Position numbers and translations under genes: made by a program. A stretch of 64,000 nt of DNA from Dimorphilus gyrociliatus. Its lineage: Eukaryota > Animalia > Annelida. Position 1 is the first letter of the stretch; every line of letters starts with the position of its first letter. Positions 1 through 11,046 of this stretch are shown here, piece after piece. Where the stretch lies: contig CAJFCJ010000017.1 in NCBI GenBank assembly GCA_904063045.1, forward strand, positions 930,001-994,000. Reading direction: 5' to 3'. Under the pieces are notes generated by a model that saw only the letters and a list, made by a program, of their open reading frames with translations, had not been told where the DNA came from and did no database searches.

Positions 1-55
1 AAGGTAAAGAATATTTTCATTTTAGAATTGAATTATTAGAACATTTATTTTTCAG

Positions 56-309
56 TCGTTTCTCTGCAAGAAATGTGTTGTCGAACCATTGTTAGCCATA
101 CTACAATATATGGAATAGATCATCTTCCACTACCTTTACCAATAAAAACACATTTGAAATCCTTTTTGATGGCAAACAATACACGATCGATAAATAGAAG
201 AAAAGGTTGGACAAACGATTCAAAATCTCGATCTCTTCGTAAACGAATGCCATTAAACCCATCTTACTCACCGGCGACAAACTGTCGAAAATCGTGTTGT
301 ATTAGTTGA
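56..309 (+). CDS. RAB40: Last exon of Rab40 GTPase (SOCS box and CaaX tail); gene starts before the window
   Basis: Intron 4-55 (GT..AG), then VVSLQEMCCRTIV..LPLPLPIKTHLKSF (SOCS box like Rab40 SLQDLCCR..LPLP..HLKSF) and C-terminal CCIS. Confidence 0.85.
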
Positions 310-419
310 TTATCAAGACTGATTTAAGCATTTATTATCCAACTCGAATGTTTTTTACATAGTTTCAATTTTTCGTTATATGACTGTTGTTGTCCGTTTT
401 TTTTTTACAACATTAAAGT

Positions 420-1634
420 CTACTTTGTTTCTATTGATAATTGTTTTTTAGGCGTATAGTCTGACAAAGGAAAGAATTCCTGAATTCTCAAATACCATTG
501 AATATCCTCCTGGAGAAATTAAACAAATTTATATTACAATTTAAAAATTTCGTTTTTGACTTACTTCAATCGCACCATTTTTTTTAGCATCATTTGTTAA
601 TGAATCGAGGTTAGTATTCAATTCTGACCAGGAGGCTTTTAGGTACTGAGATGATGCTAAAGAGTTCTTACAAATGCAATATAACGATCTAGCAAGCATT
701 TCTGTTGTTTGGTTGTGAGAGGGTTTCAATTGAGGTATGATCGCTTTAATTAGCTTTTTGCTAACAAAATCTGATTGGCGATTCCAATCTTCTTCTATTA
801 AATTATATATGATAAATGCCGATTTTGCTATACAGCGATCTATTCCACTACTTAACCATGATATCAGAGATTGCAAACCGTTATTTTTCATAAAAAATTG
901 GTAACCATCTTTTGTTCTTATTAATGCTAATAGAAAAAAATTTAATTAATTAAGCTTGATGAAAAAGTATACATGCTTACTTGAAACTGGCGATAAGGCA
1001 GAAGATAAAACTGTATTTGGACACGAGCTATCGTTAATAATTTCTAGAATAGTTTGGAACCATTTCTCTTCAAGGGCAACTTTTTCACCATCTGTGTTAT
1101 TTTGTACTAAAGATGATATTAATTGAAAACAAGCAATTTTAATGTCTTCGGAGCCATGCTTTAAATATTCAGTAATCATTAATGAACATCCGGAATTAAG
1201 AAATGCTGGAAAATAAGTTTCTAAGTCTTCATTTTATAATATCTTTAATTATATTACCTTTGGCTAAATCAATGTCTTCTACAAAATCTGCTATATCTTC
1301 TAAAATTTCAACTAAATCGTCCAAATTTGAACTATTATGTTTGGCTTTTAGTAAATTTATATTATGTTGTAATAATTCTAATGGGTGATTTGCTGCCATG
1401 CCTTTCATAACTTCTTGCAATATTTGTTGTCTCTGCAAAAGTACATAGCGAAATTACTTAGAGGCTAATAATATTAAAGTAATAAAATGAGCTTACCTCC
1501 TGTGGATTAGTGGACATCTCCTTCTTCGCCTCCTCCATATCTACCATGTTGTTTTCTAAGTGTTCCTGAACGGCATTACAGTGTTTCAAAAGCTGCTTAA
1601 AGTTTTGTGGATTTCTAGGGTTGTTTTCACTCAT
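420..1634 (-). CDS. HSPBP1: Hsp70 nucleotide-exchange factor HSPBP1/Fes1-like, multi-exon
   Basis: ATG 1634 MSENNPRNPQNFKQLL; RQQILQEVMKG, LEDIADFVEDIDLA and ARM-like helices; last exon EDIQWYLRIQEF ends at TAG 420-422. Confidence 0.85.
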
Positions 1635-1946
1635 AGTTACAATTATTAAGCTACTATAACTATAATCTTTATCTTAAAGTAAAATTGAAATAGAAAATTC
1701 TAGAATCGAGTGGAACTTTTATTCGTCGTGATCAGGGTTCATAGTCAAATTTTTTAATTATAGAATCAACACATAGCCATAACCAGTTTATGATCTCCAT
1801 ACATTGCAGATGGCGTTGCAACATGTTGCACAACACTAGTCCATTTGTTGCACAATAAAATGAAAGTATGGGAACATTTAAAGGCTCTATAAATTGCCTG
1901 AGAGAATAGTTTTAGCTCAATTAGAGATAGGAAACAGAAGAGAAAA

Positions 1947-2315
1947 ATGGCATTAAGCACAAGAGAGGCTCTGAGAAGATGCCTTCAAACCACTGATATA
2001 AATGAAGTAATCTCACTCAGTAAACACTCCGATCCGACAGTAAGGCAAAGAGCTTTAAGAGAAATGTGTCCCTGCCGAGTTAAAACAGATATAGGAGAAT
2101 TTTGGGCAAGAGTTTTGGAAATGATTGACGATCCTGCAACAAATGTTAGACAACAAGTTTTACACACATTATGTGACGGCTCACCAGTTCACATGGAATA
2201 TGATGTTGTGGAAGCTCTTCAAAAGTTCAATATAGATTCAGATAAGGAAATAAGACGAAAGGCTCATAAAGCACTAGCTTCATATAGCAGAACCGGAAAA
2301 TGGAACATTTTGTGA
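1947..2315 (+). CDS. Intronless 122-aa uncharacterised HEAT-repeat protein
   Basis: Single ORF with three HEAT-like units (DPTVRQRAL, DPATNVRQQVL, DSDKEIRRKAH) plus CPC and LCDG motifs. Confidence 0.75.
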   Translation: MALSTREALRRCLQTTDINEVISLSKHSDPTVRQRALREMCPCRVKTDIGEFWARVLEMIDDPATNVRQQVLHTLCDGSPVHMEYDVVEALQKFNIDSDKEIRRKAHKALASYSRTGKWNIL

Positions 2316-2493
2316 ATGAATTCTCATTTTTATTTGTACTTTATTGAATTTATTTTTAAAGATATAAACGGTTTCAATATTTAAATAAATTATATATTAA
2401 AACCAAAAAGAAAAGCACCAATTAATTTAAATAGAAAAGTATAAATATATTAAAATAAAATATATATTTATATAATATGGTCTTAGTCAAATA

Positions 2494-3361
2494 CTAAGCA
2501 TCCAAGGCCTGTTGTTCTGGAATGGATGGATTTGCTACATCTGATGGACAGACATCATATCCTAATTTCTTCATATCTTTGGTAACAATATTAAACGAAA
2601 GAGTTACATATCCTTGGGATCTAACACGGGTCACTACGAAAATTAATGAATTTAAATGTCAGTTGAAAAAAGAATATTTAAAACATTAATTTTTAAAAAT
2701 ATTACCTTCCCTTCCTTCTCCATGAGCTAGATTGGAAGGATCTACGTACTCTGGACGTCTGTTTGTAAGCCACCCAATTAATTGTTGAAATCTAGATGAA
2801 GATTCCGGCACAAACATGGCTATTTTTCGCTTATGAGTTCCTGGAACCAAAGGAATGTGTGTAACACCATATCCTCTAGGCTGTTCAGTGCCACGAAAGT
2901 CTGGTCCATGCGCACTTAATATAATTTGTGGCCCTTAAAAGATTAATTAATAAATATTCAGAAATATTCATAATTTAAAAAAGTAAAGCTTACATCCAAA
3001 AGGATTAGTAGATTTGAATGTAATGTCAATGGGAAAATTAAAAGAAAACTTTGCGGTTTCAATAAGATTTTTGCGCGCTTTCTGAGTGCATCCTTCTTCT
3101 AGTCCCTTTTAAAATTTAACTTTATTATAAACTTTTCAAGTGCATAAAGTATTTAACTAACTGATGTTATAACCCAGTCCTGGCCATAAACAAAAGAGTA
3201 GCGGCAACTGATTTCAGAGAATTCAGGAAACTGTCATGATTGTTTTTTAGTTTAGTTAATACAAATGAATTATGTGCTGTACAATCAAATAATGAAAATA
3301 CCTCAGCACTTTCTATTTGACCATTTACCATCAAAAGAAAAACCGAGTGATCTCCCGACAT
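2494..3361 (-). CDS. B9D1: B9 domain-containing protein 1 (ciliary transition zone)
   Basis: Spliced [15 protein letters not shown]|FPEF..GQDW..|[41 protein letters not shown]|[18 protein letters not shown]; stop 2494-2496. Confidence 0.95.
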
Positions 3362-3626
3362 ACTGAATCGAAGGAAAACAATTTAGGAATTTCTTTGCTA
3401 CTCACTCCTTTTTCGCAACATGCATTTCAAAATGTCTGCTCTTTATTATGCTATATTCCACCATTTTTGCTTTTTGTTTGTTGGCTTCCTCAAAATTTTA
3501 AATAACTTTTTGCACTATAAATCTTGTAAGGATTTTCAAAATGGCGTCCTTATATAGTTCTTTCGCGAATTCATTTTTATAATCTCTGATTGGTAAATTA
3601 CCTTACATTTTATCACAATGGCTTGG

Positions 3627-3640
3627 CCTCTTCCTTTTCC
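3627..3640 (+). promoter_or_regulatory. 5'TOP/TCT pyrimidine tract of RPL28
   Basis: cctcttccttttcc ending 9 nt before the RPL28 ATG. Confidence 0.7.
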
Positions 3641-3649
3641 GCTTTGAAA

Positions 3650-4063
3650 ATGTCTGCCGACGTACAGTGGCTCGTGGTACGAAATAATTCTTGTTTTCTT
3701 CGCAAGAAAAACAAGGCCTACTTTAGTGCCGAACCTAACAACCTTAAGAACTTAAACTCCTTTCGGTTCAGCGGTCTAGTTCGTGACAAAACCCTCGGTA
3801 TTGAGGCTGGCCAAGACAATAAGGGAGTCGTGGTTGTTAAGAAGAAGAATCATAACGCTCGCCGACCCAACCGAGTCTACGAAAGAGCACCTTTGAAGCA
3901 TGGAGCCCGCAGAACGCTAATGAAAATTAGCAAAATGGTTAAGAAAGACAACTATCGAAAGGATTTAAGGATGGCGGCGATGAGAAGAGCCAGTGCTATT
4001 ATGGCTAGCCAGAAGCCGAGAAAACTATCGAGGAGATCCCGTCTTCAAAAGAAGAAAGAATAA
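3650..4063 (+). CDS. RPL28: 60S ribosomal protein L28, intronless
   Basis: MSADVQWLVVRNNSCFL..FSAEPNNLKNLNSFRFSGLV..YRKDLRMAAMRRASAI; the true ATG is 3650 (the ORF track starts upstream at a TTG). Confidence 0.97.
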   Translation: MSADVQWLVVRNNSCFLRKKNKAYFSAEPNNLKNLNSFRFSGLVRDKTLGIEAGQDNKGVVVVKKKNHNARRPNRVYERAPLKHGARRTLMKISKMVKKDNYRKDLRMAAMRRASAIMASQKPRKLSRRSRLQKKKE

Positions 4064-4301
4064 ACTCTTTCGATAATGTTTTGCTTAATACAATTCTGTT
4101 GCTGGAATAAAAAAAAACGTTTACGCGTATATTATAGATATTTTTTAATCTTAGCCCTAAATTGTACGTAGCGTGAATAGATAGGCTTCATTAGCCAGTA
4201 CAGCGAAGGCAAAAATTGCGACTGGTAATTTTCGACATTTTTTTAATGGAATTATTTTAACTTGCTTTCAAATAGAAGTAAAAAGACCATATAAACATGT
4301 A

Positions 4302-4384
4302 ACCAGGATGGCCGAGTGGTTAAGGCGTTGGACTTAAGATCCAATGGACAAATGTCCGCGTGGGTTCGAACCCCACTCCTGGTA
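4302..4384 (+). tRNA. tRNA-Leu, anticodon TAA
   Basis: 83 nt ACCAGGATGGCCGAGTGGTTAAGGCGTTGGACTTAAGATCCAA..GGGTTCGAACCCCACTCCTGGTA with A and B boxes and a long variable arm. Confidence 0.98.
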
Positions 4385-4387
4385 AAA

Positions 4388-4396
4388 TTTTTTTTT
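4388..4396 (+). terminator. Pol III oligo-T terminator of tRNA-Leu
   Basis: T9 run 3 nt after the tRNA 3' end. Confidence 0.85.
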
Positions 4397-4910
4397 AGTT
4401 TTTTTTTTTAAATGAAGAGGTCTAAAATACATAGTACCTGCTACAAACATAATTCGTATTCAAAGGCTTTAATGTGTAAATTAACAATAAAAAATTTTTA
4501 ATACATTTTTATGATACATTTGTAATAAATATAGAAAATATTTAAAGACTTGTTTAGTAAATTCATTGTTCAAAAGGTTTTCTTTTTATTTAAAATGAAA
4601 AAGATGGCGTTTAATTGTATAAAAACATTTATTCGCTATCTCTTTTCCCTTTCTGAATTTCCAAAAGTTTAAAACAAATATGACAGTAGCCATTTAGGAA
4701 AAACATACAGAAACTGAATACATCTGCACCACGAATGGACGTTAACCATCAAGTATATATTAAAAATTTTTTTGTCATTTTTGTGTTACAATTAAAACAT
4801 GGCCACCGCAGAATTTTTTAAAAAGATATCTTTTATATACATTATTATTTTTGAAATAATATTCAAAAACAAACAAAAATAGCCACCAAGAAAAATTGCA
4901 GACGTTTAAC

Positions 4911-7839
4911 TTAAAGTTGAATATTTCTGTAGGACGACTTTGTCTTAAAACAGGTTGAACAATAAAAGTCTGTTTGAACAGAACCATAGAATTCGCAATC
5001 CGGATTCTTGCACCGTTCTTCTTGTCTCCTACTATCCTCAAATGGAGCGAAATCGTTGAATTTTGTGAAAAAGTTATCTTCGTTCTCTGTACTTTGCAGA
5101 TATTTCGCTCGATGAATAGGAGGTAGTGAGTTGAATTTTTTAGGATCCATAATTACATTGGATTTCATTTCATGTGCTCCTGAAACAGGCTGATAGAATG
5201 TTGATTTTCCAACATTTCTAGGATTTGTTGCTGGAGTAAATTCGTGTTTAATAGGAATATTTGTAGGATTTTTCGTAATTTGAGATTCTTCTGTTCGTTT
5301 CATAGTTGAAGGTGAGTTTGGATGTGATTGTTCGATGTTTAATAAGTCTAATTTTTGCTTTTCGAAACACTCGAGACAGAGATATGTATTCTGGCAGACT
5401 ACTTTATTGCAACCGTTTATACACTTACCCCTGGATAATTCTTTATTGGCATTGATACTATCCGTTGTATCAACTACATGTTTGGCAGTTCTTTCTTTTA
5501 ATTCTGCTTCTCTTTGCTTGAAATGCTCTTTTTCTATGGCAAAAACTTCCTTCTTAGAAGCAATATAATTTTCAATCATTTTATCGTAATAATCCGCCCT
5601 CACAATATTTAATTTTGCACACATTATTGAATCCCTTTCACTGAGCATCTTAGCAGTTACCGGTTGCATTTTCGTTGTTTGTGTAACAGAACCGACAGAA
5701 ACCCTCCTGTTGTTAGCTAAATCTGTCATTTTCTTTTTCCGACTTCTCCTTAAGCCACCAAAACCTTTTTTTATCTTTTTACCCACTGTTTTACTAATGT
5801 TACCAAAAGATTTAGCTACATTTTGCATTTGCTTTCCAACTTTCGCTTTCTCCTTTTCAGTTGATTGCTGTGTGTATTCTTGCCCCGATATGTTGTTTAT
5901 AATTGCACCGGAAGGCAATGAACTTGTTATATGTAAAGAATTAAGTTCCTCTGATTCCGCAGATTCCGAATCCGACCTAGGCGTTGAACTATCACCGTTC
6001 ATGGAAGACGGTCGAGGAATCGGAACAGCAACGATATCTAGATACTTCTTTATTAAATTTAACTTCCCCTCATCGGTTTCTCCCGATTTAATATCAATGT
6101 CTTTCCCCCAAGAGTAGTTGGAACCAGGATCGACTGTAAAGTGGATAGGTTGTAACTTAAATTCGGGATCAACAATAGGTATGACTGCAGGAGGTTTATC
6201 TTCACTAGACGCAACAGAGGCGCTTGATGATGGCACAGTTGAGTAGAAGCCACTTTCGGCATCGTTATAGCCTTCATTGACTGCCAACAATGCAGAGAAA
6301 TGAGATGAATCATACGTGAGAATGAGAGGACTCCTATAACAATGTCGAACATCAACTTGAAGAGGTAGATAAATGCCACCAAAAGGGATAGGAGCAAGAG
6401 CTTCTCCTTTGGTATCCTTCAAAACTGTGTCGGCTACAACAATTATAGGCCTTTTGACGACATGAGCTAAGACAAACACGTGGAACTCTTCCAATGACTC
6501 ATAGAAAACTTCTTCATCTATAGCATGCCTTTCCATCAAGCCCTTAGTAGCCGGACTCTGACAGCAACTAATTCTCGATGCAGGTGGATTTTGTGATCGT
6601 GGAACATCCGAGGCGAGTTTTAAAAGATTCTGCCATTCAATATTCCACTCTTTCTCCGAGTAAATTAGTCCTGACTGTTTATTTATCATTGCTTGATGCC
6701 AGCGCCATCTTCGATATAAAGTATCTTCTTTTTTTGTATTTACTAGCATGTTATATACTGCTTTTCGTAACATTAATTTCCTATCTTGAAATCCCCACAT
6801 TCCTGAAGAAACATAGTTAATTATTTTTTTATTCAGCCAAAAAATACAAATTTTCTTACCAAGCGATGCAGCATGTAGCAAGCAATTACCATCTCCTATC
6901 GTGGCTAGGGGCATTAGTCTCTGACAAGCTCCAGTATCAGCCCACCAATTAAGACGACCTGAAAACCAATAAATAATTAACATTATAATGTTCAGTTAAT
7001 AGAATTAAACTTACCAGCTTGTTCTAGTGTCACAAGTGTTGATGTTTCGATTAGTTGTTTGTGCAAGAAGGCTCTAAAATCTTCGGGATAACAACTCAAA
7101 TCGGGTATAACGAAGGTGTACATGGGCGTCTCTTGTAATTGGTGTATACTGCAGTCTTTTTGCACTCTGTCTTGAGCTTTACTGACAAGAGCTTCGTTTT
7201 CACTAGTACGCGAAAAACCTCTTCTTAATGGACGCTCTGGAAAAAGGAAAATTAAAAGATAATAAATTGCAAGCTTCTAAGAAATAGACAAAACAGAAAC
7301 ATATATAGATTGTAAAGTTTAAAAAAAAAACACTATTGTCATCACAAAGACCAAACTAACAACACAGTGTACCTGCTTCCGACAGAGTCAGAAGAAAAGC
7401 TGAACGTGAAAAGGGAAATGTGAAGCAGGTTTGATATATACATATTTATATACATATATTTATAAAATTTAATTACTTTCGGGTAGAGGTGAGCTTGAAG
7501 ATGCGCTTCCGCCGCCAACTATTGGAATTTTTTGAGTGGGTAAATTGTCCGTATTATAATTTTTTTCAATATTCTTCTGTGTACCACTAGGTTTTGAAGA
7601 AAAAGCGCAATACTTCGCAATACCCACTGCAGCTTCATAATTCCAACAATGTGCTGTAATGATATTTAAAATAAACGATATTATATCAAGCTTTTAAAAA
7701 ACATAAATTTTAGATATACAAAATCACATTTCAAAATGGAATTTTGCACCTTACCGTTGAGCATTTCTCGAGCTAAATCGGGCTCTATATTGTAATCCGA
7801 TGTTAGTTGAGATATTTTTTTCTCTCTCGAAGTCTCCAT
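4911..7839 (-). CDS. OTUD7B: OTU deubiquitinase of the OTUD7/Cezanne family
   Basis: N-terminal UBA-like EPDLAREMLNG; catalytic GDGNCLLHAAS and YDSSHFSAL; KKGFGGL segment; C-terminal A20 zinc finger. A vs B paralogue cannot be resolved. Confidence 0.9.
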
Positions 7840-8224
7840 CCTGTTTATAAAAATAAATTGTATAAGATTCGGTGAGAATGATGACACGCCCATTGAAGTG
7901 TAATTATTTAACTATTTGTCGGTTCAAGACCTACCTAAATTATGAATTTATAAAGAGCATAAGCCTTACATTAGCAAAGAATTATAATTAATAAATAAGC
8001 CTAGACATCGGTCTAATACAATAATCTCAGGCAACCTACAATAAACGATGTTCCTGAATTATGTATTACATGACAATCATAGAAACTCTATTATGCAAGT
8101 ATATTACCTTTAATTAATATGTTTAGTTGAATTTGCGAAGAATCAGTGCAAAGAATACGCTGTAAAAGCGAGAATTTAAAATCTCTTCATTAACGGGATT
8201 CGCCATTGATGACTGTGAGTTGAT

Positions 8225-8246
8225 TGATTTGCGCATGCGCAAATCA
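8225..8246. promoter_or_regulatory. 22-bp perfect palindrome with NRF1/EWG core TGCGCATGCGCA, between OTUD7 and ELL
   Basis: TGATTTGCGCATGCGCAAATCA equals its own reverse complement; YY1-like AAAATGGCCG at 8291. Confidence 0.65.
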
Positions 8247-8580
8247 GTGATATTTAGAACAGCACTAAATGACCTTCTTGTAGGTTTTAAAAATGGCCGA
8301 TTAAATCAATAATACTCCGTCATTTTTGGGAAAGCATACTCTCAGTCATCTGGTCAACGTTTTGGAAATTTCTACAATTGTTTGACAATTATGTGGCCAA
8401 GGAATGAATCTGTGATCATCTCTTGAGCTCCGTTAGTATAGTTGTCTTCTTAGTGACATATCATACTGGATTGCATTTGAGGACAATTTCCGCTGGTTAA
8501 TCTACTTTGAGAAAACTTAACTGAAGCATTCCGATATTTCGACGTTCTACCCAACCTTTAGGCCTAAGAACCAATAAGAG

Positions 8581-10158
8581 ATGGAAAATACTACTTACGA
8601 CTTAGATTATCGAAATTTTAACGGCTGCTGTTCTCGATACACAATTTTTAAGTTGAAGTTAACAGATAGCGCCTTGAATGCTATTGATCAATATAAAAAT
8701 TTCAAAGTAATATGTAACTAACTCCACACGTGATATAAATTTTTCCTAATTTTGATCTATTTGTTACAGAAAACGTTACCGAGAAAGCCAACAGTTAAAT
8801 TTCAGGAAAAAACTGGCATAATGACAATTCCAGTCCCTCAACAAGGTGATAAAAAATATCAACTAACCTTAAGCAAAATCTTGGATCCTGAGGATTGTGT
8901 TTTGCACGGGAGTCATAAATCTAACAAATTGGTAGCTATAGGTGTTCAAACTCATAAAATTCAAGTTGGAGCAACCGAAGAGATTTTTGAGCATACCAGG
9001 GAACGCATTAATGCTGTCGAAAAAGAAAGGCAGAAGGATGGAACACAGGAAATTACCAAAACAGTAAAAAAAAATAGTTCAAAAGGCGTAAACAGAAAGA
9101 TCACTGACATGAGGACATTACCCAGACCAATTTCACCTTACAATAGGGGAAAGAAACCTACACCACCATCAAGCCAAACAAATGGTCTTCTTCTAAGCAA
9201 ATCACTCAAGTATGTTGCCATTTCTATTCCTATAACTGACAAGATGAATATAACAAGAGACTATTTCTTCCAGGGAGAGAGTCATACATATTTTAGCATT
9301 AAAGCCATATAACAGACCAGAATTGATCATGCGACTGGACAAAGGTACATGTTTATGTAAATATTATTTGATTAGCCTTTAACCATGACAAATTTTTCTT
9401 TTTTAGACGGCCGTTCAGAAGATGCCCATAACCCTGAACTCCTCTCCAGCGTTCTTAAAGAAGTGGCTGTTCAATCACGTGACAACTATATATTAAACCC
9501 TCAATTATATGCTCAAGTTAAACCTAACTGGCCTGGCTTTAGCGTCGAAGATAGGGCATTTGTTGAAAACCGTAAAAGGCAGAAAGTTTCAAGACCAGAT
9601 AATGAAGAAACAGCCGCAAAGCGATCGAAATTTTCTGACTTTGTGCCAATTAGAAAAACACGCGGAGAGCAGAGAAAAGAGCTTGAAGATATGATGAAAG
9701 AAAAGAAGTCCTTAGAGCAAAAAACTGCTAATAACGAGAAGGAAAAGCCTACAGAATTGAAGGTAGAAAAACTACCATCAGAGCCTGATTATCACCTCCA
9801 GTATGTTCCAATAACTAATGAAAAGCAGTATCAAAATTACGTTGAAGATTACAAATCTCAATACGAAGAATACCTAAATTTGCATAAGTTTTTAGCAGAA
9901 GTGTATGCCCCATTTCGAGAACTTCAACAACAGCTTAAAACTTCAACAGAGGGAACTAATGAATATAATGAACTATGCGTTAAGGTTAACAACGAATTTC
10001 AACGTGTGAAGAAGGATGAAAATTTTAGTTTAAAAAAAAAGAGATTTGATTTTCTTCATTCAAAACTCAAGTTCATAAAAGAATTAACGAAAAAGTATGA
10101 GGCAGCTGAGCAATCAAAAGTATCCAGGACTGAAAATTCTTACGCTGATTTATTTTAA
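8581..10158 (+). CDS. ELL: RNA polymerase II elongation factor ELL
   Basis: ATG 8581 ..KLKLTDSALNAIDQYK; KIQVGATEEIFEHTRERI; central PELLSSVLKEVA; C-terminal occludin/ELL domain (QYVPITNEKQYQNY..FDFLHSKLKFIKEL). Confidence 0.9.
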
Positions 10159-10233
10159 TATTATTTTAACGTATAGCATTGTAAACGCTTTTCTTTTACT
10201 ATAAACGTTTGAAGTTCGTTATCTGACGTCAAA

Positions 10234-10664
10234 TTAATAAGTGTAATAATTTTTCGGCTTGTTTTCGTCAACTTCATCGGGCCTCACAACTGTGAAAATT
10301 ATTTCTCTATGTTTATTCATCGTTGATGGATTCTTTTAAACTTTATACTTACCAACATATTTTGCTTTGAACATGGCATAATAATCTTGATTTTTAGTTC
10401 TCTCCCAGACCTTATATGCAGCCGCTGGGAGACCTTAAATTTAAAGAATAATATGATTATGGGGCTGTGGAAAAGAATGACTTCTAATGTGCTGTACCTA
10501 GACCGAGTAGCGTAGCCGTTCCCAAGACTATTTCTGGTCGCTCATTCCAGCCTTTTTTGATCAGTTCACCAAATGTGTTCACACCTATTGATTAGAATAA
10601 TTATTTTTATCTTTTACATAAAAAAGTTCGCTGAATTACCGAATCTTCGGATATACCAAGACAT
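10234..10664 (-). CDS. NDUFA3: 82-aa single-pass complex I accessory subunit, NDUFA3/B9-like (4 exons; not in ORF track)
   Basis: Exons 10664-10640, 10584-10498, 10433-10353, 10289-10234, all GT-AG and phase-compatible, giving MSWYIRRFGVNTFGELIKKGWNERPEIVLGTATLLGLGLPAAAYKVWERTKNQDYYAMFKAKYVVVRPDEVDENKPKNYYTY. The WNE-P-IV/TM/K-YVV-R-D pattern resembles protostome NDUFA3. Confidence 0.7.
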
Positions 10665-11046
10665 CCTGACCTTGACACTTAAATGATTCCTAACTACCAG
10701 TTTTCCTCATGAAAAACAGGGATCGTTGCTAGCGACGAAGCAGACGACGAAATATGAATCTAGTTCACGGAACCTTACTAATGTATGTTCTACCGCATTT
10801 TATCTTGAAAATTGTAGATAAATACTTTTTAAAAGTGTGATGTTTTCACCTATTAAATTACTTTCGAAAGACTTGCAATAACTATTTAACATTAAATGAT
10901 TTATTATTATTGATAAAGAAATTTGTTTGGATGTTTGAAGGTTGGAAATTAACAAAGGCAGAAGAACGAGTTCAAACACGTAACTTTGTTAAATTTGATT
11001 TGTCCCTTAAATCAACGAAATACTTATACTCAATTAGTCTTTAACA

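Noticed and set aside
10662-10730. In-frame C-F-S-TGA-G upstream of the NDUFA3-like ATG, resembling a CxxU selenoprotein motif
   Set aside because: No thioredoxin-like context, no in-frame start found upstream and no SECIS seen in the short 3' region; it is an ordinary upstream stop.
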